Under the pieces are notes generated by a model. That model searched no databases and was not told the DNA's origin. It saw only the letters and a list, made by a program, of their open reading frames with translations. A program made the translations under genes and the position numbers. From contig JARDVH010000124.1 of the NCBI GenBank assembly GCA_030324005.1, forward strand, positions 41,546,744-41,610,743: a stretch of 64,000 nt of DNA. The letters run 5' to 3'. This document shows, one piece after another, positions 1 through 11,933 of this stretch; the stretch's first letter is position 1; each line of letters starts with the position of its first letter. This DNA is from Negaprion brevirostris. Lineage: Eukaryota.

Positions 1-54
1 CCCTCTATGTTGTGGGGTTCTCTGATTCTATGACCTCCACCACCTCCCTTTCTC

Positions 55-1200
55 AATCTCTGTTGAGGTCAGGAAGCCGCCATTCAGCCCATTGTATCCG
101 TGCTAGCTCTCCGAAGGGGTTACTTACCTAGTGCTAGTGTAGATTCTTGTTTTTCAACTAATGGAATTCCCTTTTAAAATGGCTCAATTGAATCTGCCTC
201 CACCACACTCTCAGGCAGTGCATTCTCGATTCCAACATCTTGCTGCATGTTACAATTGCTTCTTTTGTGAATTACCTTAAAGCTGTGCAGCCTTGTTCTT
301 CATACTTCACCAATGGACATTTTTCCCCGGACCACTCACTATTTTCAATGCAGGTAAATCCATTTTTACAAAATGGGTTGGGGGCCCCCCCCGAGTTCAT
401 TCTGTCAAAAAGGCTTTTCCTTAAAACTGATATTATATTATAATTAAAACTCGTATTATGTTAGAATTCTATCAAAATACATGGATATTAATAACATTTG
501 AAAATAAAACATGTAGGTCTGTTTTTCCTTCATTAACAAACTCATATTCTACAGTATACGATTGCATAATCACAGTAATACATTTTATACATTATTGTGG
601 CAGGCAGAGGAATCAGAGAACAGCGATAGGTGGAGCAGCCAACATCACAGCCCCCGCAACTGTTACATTCCATAAAACCGGCATTTCCGGTAAAATGAAA
701 AAGTGGGATTTACTTGTACCTCTCATCAAATCTCCTCTCAATCTTCTTTTCTCCAAGAACAACAGTCCCAACTTCCAATTTAGCCAAGTGACTGNNNNNN
801 NNNNNNNNNNNNNNNNNNNNNNNNNNNNNNNNNNNNNNNNNNNNNNNNNNNNNNNNNNNNNNNNNNNNNNNNNNNNNNNNNNNNNNNNNNNNNNCTCCAT
901 TCCCATATGAATAAAGCCCAAGATGCTGCATGGTTTATTAACCACTCTTTCAACCTATCTTTCCATCTTCAATGTTCTGCACACAGCAGAATCTGAGTTC
1001 CTCTGCTCCTGTACCCACCAAAGAATCGTCTGTTTTATCTTATATTGCCTCTGTTCTTCCTACCAAAATGAATCTCTGCATTAAATTATTTCTGTCTCTT
1101 ATCTGCCCATTCCACTAGCCTGTGTCCTCCTGAAATTTGACACCATCTTCCTCACAGCTTGCAACACTTAAATTTTGTATCATCTGCAAATTTTGAAATT
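55..1200 (-). mobile_element. Decayed CR1 LINE 3' portion, interrupted by a MITE and an N-gap
   Basis: Minus-strand LGLLFLEKRRLRGDLM (CR1 ORF2 C-terminus) and AKFADD-like remnants; CR1-type 3' tail near 60-110. Confidence 0.75.
351..716. mobile_element. Non-autonomous Tc1/mariner-pogo-type MITE (~366 bp) inserted in CR1
   Basis: Imperfect TIRs CAGGTAAATCC-ATTTTTACA vs (rc) CAAGTAAATCCCACTTTTTCA, flanked by TG/TA (decayed TA duplication). Removing it rejoins the CR1 sequence. Confidence 0.7.
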
Positions 1201-1208
1201 GAGCTCTT

Positions 1209-1543
1209 TAGAATTATAGAATCCCTACAGTGTAGGAGATCATTTGACCCATCAACTCTCTAACAGAGCATCTTACCCAGGCCCACTTCCTCCCTCTCCC
1301 CGTAACCCTATGCATGTATCCTGCTAATCCCCCTAACCTACATATCTTGGGATACTAAGGGGCAATTTAGCATAATTAATCCACCTAACCTGCACATCTT
1401 TAGAGTTTGGGAGGAAACCGAAGCACCTGGAGGAAATCCATGCAGACACAGGGAGAATGTGCAGACTCCACACAGACAGTAACCCAAGGCTGGAATCAAA
1501 CCCAGGTCCCAGCAGGGGTAGCAGTATTAATCACCATGCCACC
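1209..1543 (-). mobile_element. tRNA-derived V-SINE (HE1-like) with CR1-type tail
   Basis: A/B-box-like head, V-domain (GGTTTCCTCC repeats), tail ending ctgtagggattcta. Confidence 0.85.
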
Positions 1544-2626
1544 AATTGATAACCAACTTTTTTTTGTTTCAATTACTATGCCTTTTCTCTCTCCCTCAGT
1601 TTTGAGTGTTGTGATGTGAATTGGTCCAATGATGCTGCGTTTTCCCCGACAACTTCCCAACAGGTCAGCTTTCTAGATTGTCTGACTGCACTTAACACTG
1701 TACAATCAGAGCTGCAAGGGCTATCGGAGCCAGTCAGCTGGTAAAGGACTGTTGGAGGCTGAATTCAACATGACTAGTTTTTTAAAGTTTAGTTAATTTT
1801 TATTCCATTACGTTTGGTCCAAAAACTTTCCAATAGCCAGGTACACATTTTAAAAGGAGCTGGCACCACGCTTTAAAAAGGAGCAGAGTGCTTGCTGGCG
1901 ACAACCAATTTTGTGCAAAATTAGAAATAGTTTACAATTTATTTATTAGTGTCAAACACTTTTTAACTATAGTAGAGGACTTCAGTAGGTGATATTGCCT
2001 TCAGAACAGATTGCAGTCAGTATAAACCCAAAAACGTTTTACCATATTGATACCTCTTATCTTTTGTTTACTTTCCCCTTGCCAAATGTAATTAAAATTG
2101 TCTATATTCAGGACAAAAATAAAATCTACTTGGTTTCATCATCTGTTGGTCATACAGTAGTTGTGTATTTTCTGCTGTCCAATCAAAAGGAAGCAAAGCA
2201 GATTCTGGCACTGTGACAGGCATTTCCTCAAAGAGCACAACAGCAGCCTGACTTCATTCCCATTAACTTGGCCAATATCAGCACTTACACTCTTGATGTG
2301 GACAGATTAATGATGGAATGGTGCCTCACCATGTTTGCATTGAACAGGGTAGTCAGTACCTTGAAACAATTGAAAATGCATTCATCAGAACTGGAGCAAA
2401 GTCCTTGGTAAAGTCTGATCCATTTTTCTTATTGTCATGGATCACACCATTTGTCACAAAGGAAGGTCAGTTTTCTACTTCGTTTAGCTTTCTTCAGCTC
2501 TCAGTACATCAAGGTCAGGGAACATTAGCATATCCAAAACTATTCTGAACCTATCCCTATATTAGCACCAGTTTGGACTACATATCAGTGAAGCAGTTTT
2601 GAATTACTCAGGAAGGATCACCCTGT

Positions 2627-2899
2627 CTTGAACCTTCTTTTGTCGGGAAAAAGATACAAGAGTCTGAGGTCACGTACCAACCGACTCAAGAACAGCTTCT
2701 TCCCTGCTGGAGTCAGACTTTTGAATGGACTTATCTCATATTAAGTTGATCTTTCTCTACACCACAGCTAGGACTGTAACACCACATTCTGCACTCTCGT
2801 TTCCTTCTCTATGAATGGTATGTTTTGTCTTATAACACACAAGAAATAATATTTTTCAATGTATGCTAAATACATGTGACAGTAATAAATCAAACCAAA
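2627..2899 (+). mobile_element. Rex1/Babar-like LINE 3' end
   Basis: Nearly the same sequence as 38890-39160 and 52080-52318; encodes ..RLKNSFFPA; ends aataaatcaaa. Confidence 0.75.
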
Positions 2900-3291
2900 A
2901 ATTTTAGCTCAATTCTCTCTCCACAGATGCTGTCAGGCCTGCTGAGATAGTCCAGCAATTTCTGTTTTAGTTGTGATCACTTCACAAGGTTGTTGATCTG
3001 AGCTAGGGTCAATGAGTATCTAAATGGACATAGAAGATTTGTCACAGATGTGCACTCTAAGGTTCCAAGTTACAGTAAGTTATGCTAACTGGTTTTGAAA
3101 TGGAGATAAATAATTATTGTACTTATTATTGCAATGTATTTGCACCAGCTGTTTTGTTTTAATTTGCAATAACCTGATTTGCAGTTTGTAGCTTGAAATA
3201 CATAACGTTAACGTTACTTGCCCAGCAGATGGCGAGATTACATCTGTATCTTCTGGTTCCCACAAGTTAGAAATAATCACACTTTAGCTTT

Positions 3292-3464
3292 AAAAATGTG
3301 CAGATTGGGTGGATTGGTCATGTTAATTTGCCCAGGTGTTCAAAGATGTATAGGTTAGATGGATTAGCCATGGTAAACACATGGCGTTATGGGGATAGGG
3401 CAAAGGAGGGTTGGTGCAAACTTGATGGACTGGATGGCCTCCTTCTGCACTATAGGGATTTTAT
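3292..3464 (+). mobile_element. V-SINE 3' half
   Basis: ggattggtcatgttaatttgccc...ggcctccttctgcactataggga matches other copies. Confidence 0.75.
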
Positions 3465-5449
3465 GTTGGAGCTTCATCAAGTATATTTCTTTCAGATCTC
3501 CATGTGGTTGGCAGACTACTAGACTGATATATTAGCCCATAACTTCTGATCTTCAGTGGCCCGTACCCAGGAGATGCACTGCAGAGGAATGGGAGATTGC
3601 AAATTCCCACATAAGGGCTGCCCAGGAAGTTCAAACTTCTGATGAGCACCCAGATCAGAGACCTAAGGCTATTCAGACTGTCTGATCAGAATTGCTACTG
3701 AGGAAAAGTTAAAAGAATAAAATCACTAATTCCTTAGACTATTCAACACCACCAGCAACCCCCACCCCCCGATTTCCCTGAACCTTACTAATCCCCACTC
3801 CCTGCACTGATCACCCAACCAGTCCCCTCACCATTCCCCCAACATTTGACCCATCCTACTCACCCCCACATCAAACCCTCCCACATACCCACTTACCTGA
3901 TAAAATTACCTTCTTCCTGGCTCCTCAAAGTGGCTGGGACCTTTAAAGTTATCCCTTTTATGGCAGCTAGTGTCATAAAAGGGGGCATGGCTTCTTTTCC
4001 CCTGACCTGGCTGCGCTCCACAGGCCTTGGGAACCCTCAGCACTGCATATTCCTCACCAGACCTGAGTCAGAAGGTCCAGCAAGTAAGGTGCAGCTACAT
4101 TCTAGTGTGAGGAGTGGAGTGACAGTCAGTCTGTGTATATCATTCCTCAGAAGTTCTGGACTCATTCTCCATCAGCAAATATTGCAGAGCAGCAATGAAT
4201 GTAGCACCCTATACTCAAATAGCAATTAGCTCTTTAAGAATATATCAGCAGCATATCTCATTGACCACCCTAAGCATTTTAGCCCCTTGAGCACCAAAAG
4301 CATGTTTTGGCTCATGGGAAGTATACACCTCTGGAGATGCTCTATAATGTTAGGCACCAGAAAGAATCAGATATCATTACAATTACAGCACAGAAGGCTT
4401 CCATTTGGCCCATCGAGTCTACACAGACCAGAATCTCATCCAGGCCCTATCCCATATCATTGCATGTGAATCTGAGTCACGAGACCCCAGCATAAAGTGC
4501 TGTTTATTTTAAAGACTACTTTTTTTTACATCTGTAACAAAGTACAACAGTTTGAAGTGTGCCAGAGAGCTGTTCAGAAGGACCTGAATTTTCTGATTTT
4601 GATCATTTACATTTACAGGACTTGAGAGTTCTCCTGGAGGAAGGATTAGCATATGAGGAAGGTCAGCCAAGGTAGCTGTATGATGTTTAGGCCTCAGCAA
4701 TCATGACTTCAGGGGCTGTTAAGCATTCACTTCATATTTCAGTCCAGCACATTGATGCCCCACCCCTGCAGGCTTGTCAGAGTGGCAGGATGTAGAATCA
4801 TATCTATGTCCTCCTGAATTTCGTTGAGGCATACGGTGATTTTTTTTTAGGGCTTCCCTACATGCAGAAGAACCGCAAGTGGCCTGAACAGCCAGATGGT
4901 CACAAATCTACCACTAGGCCAACTTCTTGCTGAAATGCCTAGAGAGACTTGGATAGCATGCTTCCAAGAAGTTAACTAAAATTCACTGCACCTATCAGAC
5001 AAGAGTCATACTAATACCTAAATCAACAGAAATTCAAAGCTAACTGTTCAATACAGCTTGCTCATAGCTATAGAAGAAATGTACAATGCCACAGGTTTTT
5101 TAAAAAAACACAGTGCACTATAAAGCTTTGCAGTAATGGAAAAATATACCAAGGAAATATCATTTTACTTTTGATAGCAATAACCTAATTTTGAGGAAAA
5201 GTTAGATCAGCCCCACAGAGAAAAAATAAAAGAGGGGAGAAAGACAGGCAATGTGCTGCCTCCAAGAGGGAACAACTAATGTTCCCTTCAATTTCATTGT
5301 TTTGTGTGACCTGTTTGTTGCATTGGGAGGTCCCTTTAATAGTGCTGTGTTACTGAGCACTTATCATGCTGATACAAAATGCCCTATTTGGAGATCAAAT
5401 ACAATAACCTGATTGAAAGTAAATGTAAAACTGAAAAAGCACACAGTTG

Positions 5450-7217
5450 AAGGCACTTGACTTCATACTTTATTTACATGTGAAACTGGTATCTAGTGGT
5501 ATTAGCTGTGGACTGTTTCCCTTCTATTTACAATTAATTTTCATATACATTACATCTGTAGTCAGTATGAAATCTGTACAATAGAAAGCAAGGTAAAGAA
5601 TTTCATTCAACTAAATGAAAGGGTATATAAATAAAAAATCTTATAATTCAAAGTATTTCACACTCAATTTGTAGTACACTATTTATGTAACATGCCAATT
5701 CCTTTAATAGAGGCTTCAAAACAAACTAGAGAAGGTAAAAATTCCTACACAATTCATTTTTATATTCCAATAAAATAAATTTGATAAGGGAATACAGGAA
5801 CTGGTTTAGCTAAGAATACAAGAAAATAAAGTACAAATCCTTTCAAATAAAAAAAACAAATGTAAGAAAGTATACTTTGTAATGTGCACACGAAACAAAT
5901 CTCAAATTTACACGAACGTGTCACCAAATTCATTGCAGAAATTACAAGTCAGGTTAGAAAAAAGCCTGATAATTAGCCCTCTGCCCTTTTGTGATTACTG
6001 ACTAATGATCTCACTTTATCTTTCCATTTGTGAGCAGACAGCAGCCTTGAGCAACGTAATTAGTACACATTGCTACAGTTTGTAGCTGTCATCAGTTTTC
6101 ATCACCTGATTTGAAATAAAAGTTATTGAATGTTACCATGGTTACATTCCAAGACTTGTGCAAAGCACTGTGTCAATTTTGGAGTTTTCTGTATTGCACA
6201 TCATAAAACATACACAGTTACGGAAGTCAAGCCCACAGCACCTGTCTGAGGACAATCATAAAGGCTTCATCAGCTGAGAGACACTGACTTTTAACTACTG
6301 TAGTACAATATTTGGAAGTTTAACTTTGACATTCTACCGTTCTGTTTGCAGCTTGAGGCTTGGAATTGATGCAACATCCCTATTCCCATTGCTGAAAGCA
6401 CCAGAAAAGCAGCAAATTACTGAAATGAAGGTCAATAAAAATAGCTGTTGTACAGTTCAGTAGTTGAATAAAAAATGTCACAGTTCAGTAATTGAATACA
6501 AAAGATCTGCCTCAGATTTACAAGAAAGAGGAATTGTCTGGAAATATTAAAGAGGACGCTGTGGAATATTTCAAAACCAAACACCTCCAGGCTGCTAACA
6601 GAGCTGGTGGTTCCATAAAGTAGAACAGCACTGACTTTGATGCTCTTTCGGCTTTGTCCTTTTTGCTTCAGAATCTTAGAAAGCAAAATGACCACGTTAA
6701 AAAGTAAAAACCAGCTACTTCCCAAACAGGACTATCACTAAAACGCTACACATAATGGAGGAAAGTAATTCAAAATCCATTTGGTCCACATTAGGTAGTT
6801 TCTGGGAATCAGCTGGCTTGAGGTACTTTGCGCACCAGAAACATGATACAGCAAGCTGGTTGGTCTATAAGTGCTTGGAAATTTTACATATCAGTTTTCA
6901 ATCCACTAATAAATGAACTACTTTGCACAGGACTCGATTTTTCCATTAATACTGACACTAGTGTAAACATTTCTTCATCTTGTTGGACACAAGCCACGAA
7001 GGGTCAACTGCACCGTAACACTTTTCCCATCAATAGGGATAACATACACCGATCTTTGGGTCATTCGCAGTCCAACAATAATCAATCCTTTAACTCCAAC
7101 AGCCATCAACTTTAAGGAGATGCACTGAAGAAATTTCCATAAAGTATTGCTACACCATGAATTCTAACAAAGTCTGGGTCACCGACAGTCACAAAGATCA
7201 AATGTCCTCACAGAATA
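5450..7217 (-). other. TBC1D12: TBC1D12 3'UTR (~1.8 kb; end inferred)
   Basis: Repeat-poor AU-rich sequence between the stop codon and the AATAAA at 5469-5474. Confidence 0.65.
5469..5474 (-). terminator. Polyadenylation signal AATAAA
   Basis: Minus strand reads catgtaAATAAAgtatgaag, with upstream UGUA motifs and a downstream GU/U-rich tract (ctgtgtgctttttcagtttt). Confidence 0.7.
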
Positions 7218-7286
7218 TTAACTTTTCAGGGCAGGACAGTGATTTTTCTCAGCTTCCTTGTTTTCCTTCATCAGTGAAGCAAACAC
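7218..7286 (-). CDS. TBC1D12: TBC1D12 last coding exon 13: VFASLMKENKEAEKNHCPALKS-stop
   Basis: Acceptor atctgcag, 22 codons then TAA. Confidence 0.95.
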   Translation of the reverse strand: MFASLMKENKEAEKNHCPALKS

Positions 7287-7874
7287 CTGCAGATTATAAA
7301 AGGAAAGCATGAGGTTTCATTTACAAGTGACCCAAAACTTTTGAGTCTGACTTTTAAATTAACTGGAGAATGGAGCTGCAATGCAGCACCAATTGTTCTG
7401 TAGTTATACACTTAAGAACTCACAGTGGAAGGTAAAACCTTACGCCAATCCTGAACTTAGCAAACTCAGAAACAATATAGTGAACTTTATGAAAAAAGTC
7501 TATCCCTTGCCAGAGTCTATGGTGGGCAATACTGTTGCCTGTTTCATTAACGTTCATCAGAAGTGAAGCAATAACATATTACATAGATCTCACTAGAGCA
7601 TCAAAACTTTAACGTTTGATCCACAACTTAGACAAAACACTATATATTTCAAATCAGTAATGCATCTTGTGCTTGAGAATGTGTAAATTATTCAAAGTTT
7701 GCTCTTACAGTTTATGCATCTCATAAGTGATAGATTGCTGAGATATGTCAAAGATTATACTGTTGCTGAAATCCAGGCCCTCACATATCAAACATTTTCC
7801 ATATTAATTATGCATTCAGCACCAGTAGTAGTGTTAAACTTAACATTTCATCTTTTATCTGTTTGTCTCCTCAC

Positions 7875-8133
7875 CTGTGTCCACTTTTTGTTACTGCTGT
7901 GCATCTGAACAGTTGTGATGCAAGCAAAAAGTTTTTCTGATGTGATATCTTCAGGCAGTTTGGTAAGGAATTGAGCTATATGAATAAAGTCCATTTGCAC
8001 TAAAATATCCTCATACAACTTGAGGATGCCCAATGCTGTCCGAAAAAGGAATTCTTCTCCATCGCGGCAAAAGACATCCCAGACTCGACAAGCTAGGTCC
8101 AGAGGCAGTGACTTACTGTAGAGTGTAAATATC
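7875..8133 (-). CDS. TBC1D12: TBC1D12 exon 12 (259 nt): [37 protein letters not shown]...SSNKKWTQ
   Basis: TBC C-terminal RVWD motif inside ORF 7848-8282; acceptor ttgtag, donor CAG|gtgagg. Confidence 0.97.
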
Positions 8134-8394
8134 CTACAATTTAAAAGAGTACAATCAAAATGAATGCAGTGGCTGCTATATTCATAATTCCAACATATAC
8201 TAACTATATATATATATCTCACACAAACACGCATCCAAGAAAAGAAATTGAATTTGTAACAGGTGTTGCTGAACCATTTCAAAAGGTAAAACCTTTACTT
8301 TGGATATCAATCCGTCAACAAAATTATAATACACAGACCATAACTGCAAAATTACTAGAAATGCAAAATATAAATAAATGATTAGTGCACTTAC

Positions 8395-8504
8395 CAGTCT
8401 ATAAGGTAAATATCTGGAGTCAAACTATTTTTCGTAAAATGTGCAAAGAGTTTTGGAAGATTTTCTTCAAAAAACACTTCAAACGATGCAAAATATTTCA
8501 GCAT
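8395..8504 (-). CDS. TBC1D12: TBC1D12 exon 11 (110 nt): [37 protein letters not shown]
   Basis: Acceptor ttctcctcag, donor TG|gtaagt. Confidence 0.97.
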
Positions 8505-9975
8505 CTGAGGAGAAGTAGATTCAGTTGAAGTAGATAATATTTTTCAAAAATGTCAACAAATTTTCTCACCTTTGTATTTAAATTTTTAGAAATGATTTGA
8601 CTCAAAAGAATTATGCAGCATTAACTCATGTTACTCAAGCTTTAAATATTGTGTATTGGCTTGTAACTCCAAGTTAAAATTGGGGTGATTATAGCCAGAG
8701 CACAGCACACAAAAACAACAGTGACACAAGAACTCTGGATTCCAGTTTGACAGTAAAACTGATTTGACCTGAGTAGTTACAATAATGACAAAGAGGCATT
8801 GTCATTTCATTAAGTGAATAGGGTTAGCATTGGGAAAGTAGTGCACCATCATATGATTTATTTGTAAATGTTCCTTGGGGTATTGCTTTGATATTATTTT
8901 CTCCTCCCGTACCAAGAAGACATTCACCTCTGAGGTATCTCTCACAGGTGCCTTGCTCAATTTTCACTGGAACCCAGACAATAAGTGCATTGTCACACTA
9001 TTTGACTACAGGGAGAGATTACAGCCAAGTCCAATATGACCTCAGCTGAAGCGCTCTCTCATACTTTCCAGGAGAGGTCATGAAATAGTAAACAAGTGGA
9101 AGAAAGCCTGATTTTGACTCTCTATCCCAAGGTCATTACAGCACTGCCATTTTTGCCATGGAAAACAGCTGCTAACTTAAGGATAAACAAAGAATGAAGT
9201 GGGATGTTTTCTTTTACATTACTACATCGTACTTTTACTAAATTACTGAGTCTTGTGAAGCCAAGCTCCTTCAATGTTCAAGGATTTTTCCTCATGTATT
9301 TTTCATTGCCATGTCCTACTGAAATTCCATCAACCTCTCCTCCACATTAAATCAAACATGTGAATTTAGCTTATAAACAGTGAATTCATTAATATTTGGG
9401 TGACTTTTTTATACATGCTTTTCCATGTGTGCTTGCAGGTGGGTTTTCCCATGTTGTGCAGCCCCAAACATGTCAACAAGAGTAACGAGTCAAAAATTAG
9501 CAATCTTCCTCCCTCTGGGGTGGAACAAGTAAAGAGAATAAACGCATACATCATGTTGTGGTTTTCAGCAGAGAAATGAGTGCAGATTTTTCTAACAGAT
9601 AATTATGTAATGAATACCATATGTAATAAATTCTTCTGAATTAATAACTGATCTTCAGCTGGACCTGCACACTTAAGACATGTGTTGAAACATGGGAATG
9701 GATGAGGTGTAGCTTTAAGAATAGGCATGGGCACTGATGCTTAAAATGCCATTTTAACCCAATACAACTGTGCATCTCACAACTATCAAGATTCTACGGC
9801 TTAAGCAAACATTTTTCCTACAGCATCCCTGAAACAAACTCAATTCTGGTGTCACAGCCCAGTTACTAGCAGCTCCACAGTTGATTTGAGGTTGCATCAG
9901 TACTTCCACATGTAGCAAAAATAGCATGGAGCCTTGTCACCTGTTTCAAGCATCTGTGCACCGCAATGCCCTTAC

Positions 9976-10104
9976 CATGCTGTGGTCCACACGAAAGAAT
10001 GCCAGCTGACAGGGTTTGTTCAATAGGTTTGCAAAAGCTATGAAAGCATCGGCTTCTTCCAAATTAAGGATGAGCACTGCAGCAACAAAAGACATTCCTT
10101 GGAC
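9976..10104 (-). CDS. TBC1D12: TBC1D12 exon 10 (129 nt): [43 protein letters not shown]
   Basis: YxQG glutamine finger completed across exons 9/10; acceptor catgcag, donor ATG|gtaagg. Confidence 0.97.
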
Positions 10105-10273
10105 CTGCATGAAATAGCATGCTTATGATTAATTATATTAGCATTAAGTAACATGATCTAGCTTGCACACTGCATGAAATTCTGCACATTATCCACAATC
10201 ACACTTCATTCTTTTGATAGGAAATTTTACCATCAGAATTCCTCTTATTTTTCTGCTACAAACTACCTTAACA

Positions 10274-10632
10274 TTTTTTTATTCATTTGTGAGACGTGGG
10301 TGCCATTGGCTGGGCAGCATTTACTGTCCCTCCCTAGTTGCCTGAGGGCAGTTGAGAGTTAACCAAATTACTGTGGCTCTGGAGTCATATGTAAGTCAGA
10401 CCAGTTAAAGATGGCAGATTTCCTTCCCTGAAGGACATTAGTGAACCAGATGGATTTTTCTGACAATCAACAATTTTCTGGTCATCAGTATATTCTTAAT
10501 TCCAGATTTTTTTTATTGAATTCAAATTCTTCCAGCTGCCTTGATGGGATTCAAACCTGAGTTGAGTCCCCAGAACATGAGCAGAGTTTCTGGATTAGTG
10601 TAGCGATAATACCACTATGCCATCACCTGCCC
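10274..10632 (-). mobile_element. tRNA-derived SINE with L2-like 3' tail
   Basis: Collinear with 47517-47893, 15368-15542 and 44283-44419; tail matches the 3' ends of L2 fragments in this window. Confidence 0.85.
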
Positions 10633-11861
10633 ACAAACTGTTCCACCAACAGGAAGCCAAGGGTCTGCTTTCTCCTACCTTGGGGAACATGGTTGGAGTA
10701 ACAGACCAGAGGAATGAATCACCATTCATAATCATGGAAAAGCTCAGTGCCTTTTGAAAAGTATCTAGCAACAGCCAGAGCCATTGCGGAGGTCTAAAAA
10801 ATGCTGCAAAGTTGCAGATCTTGCTCTTTTTGAGAATTAAAATACAACTGACCTGAAAAAAGTGAAATTAAAACCTTAGTATTGCAGCTGCTCCTCCGTA
10901 TATCATAGTTCGTTGATTCATTACAACAATTGTTGTTTGGGAAAGTGCTACTTCTGTTCAGCCATTCAGCAAAATTAACCAGTTTATTTCAAATCATCAG
11001 CCTAATTTTACAATAATGTTCTCAATGTACGGCAATGGTACTGCACTGGTAACCCAGGTGTGGCAAATTTAAATGTCACCAATCTTATTGAATCAGATTC
11101 AATTCAATAAATATGGCAATTTGTGGATGCACAGAAACAAATGACCATGGAAGATGCCAGATTATTGCACATCCTTCAGAGAATGGAACCTGCACTCCTA
11201 ACTTGGTCTGGTCTACACGTGATTCCAGTCCCATTTTATGTACAAGATTGTGCCTCAATTCTCTGGGTAATAAAAATGCTGAAAACTCTCAGCCCTTTTT
11301 CAAAAACAAGCTTCCTATTTCAAAGTTCTGCCTCAAAAAATACTGAAGGAATTCATGCAAGTTTACAATATGAGGAAAATAGTGGTAAGATTCCCTATTG
11401 ATGTTATTGTATGAGTATACGAGAGTTAACGTCAGAATGCAGTGACTTATTTTGTAGAGGAATTGGCCAAGACTGCTTAATGGGGTGGCTGATGTCTCTA
11501 AATAGAAGGATAAAGAATAAGCTTGTTACAAGCAGGCTCACTAATTTACTAGCAAACTTCTAGCCTTGATAAATAATACGTTAAGAAAGCCTTACAAAGC
11601 CGTAATAATACAACAATGATTTCTGAAGATCATGGACCAAAAGTATTAAAATATTTGCATTTTATTAGTTGGAATTTAGATAGTGCAAAAGCTGTTTTAT
11701 GAGTATTATCATTGCACTACATCCTCAAAATATAAAACATACATACCTTCACAAATGGTTCACTAGAACAGCATTTAACACGTGGGGAATGACTTACAAA
11801 TGGGAGAATGATTTGTAAACCAAATTTTAAAATAGATTATTGCAAAAGGGCAAATACTTAC

Positions 11862-11933
11862 ATATCCCACATCAGNNNNNNNNNNNNNNNNNNNNNNAAG
11901 TACACTATGCAAGAGATCATGATATGGTCCACC
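11862..11933 (-). CDS. TBC1D12: TBC1D12 exon 9 (72 nt, 22 nt unknown): [12 protein letters not shown]-x8-DVGY
   Basis: Acceptor tttgcag, donor TAT|gtaagt; the N-run length preserves the frame. Confidence 0.93.

Noticed and set aside
3470-4170. Possible non-autonomous DNA transposon with a C-rich interior and a 127-aa ORF
   Set aside because: Could not confirm TIRs, a TSD or a second copy; the ORF is low-complexity.
1-5400. Start of a downstream neighbour gene such as HELLS
   Set aside because: No CpG island or recognisable exon; the region is mostly repeat remnants.
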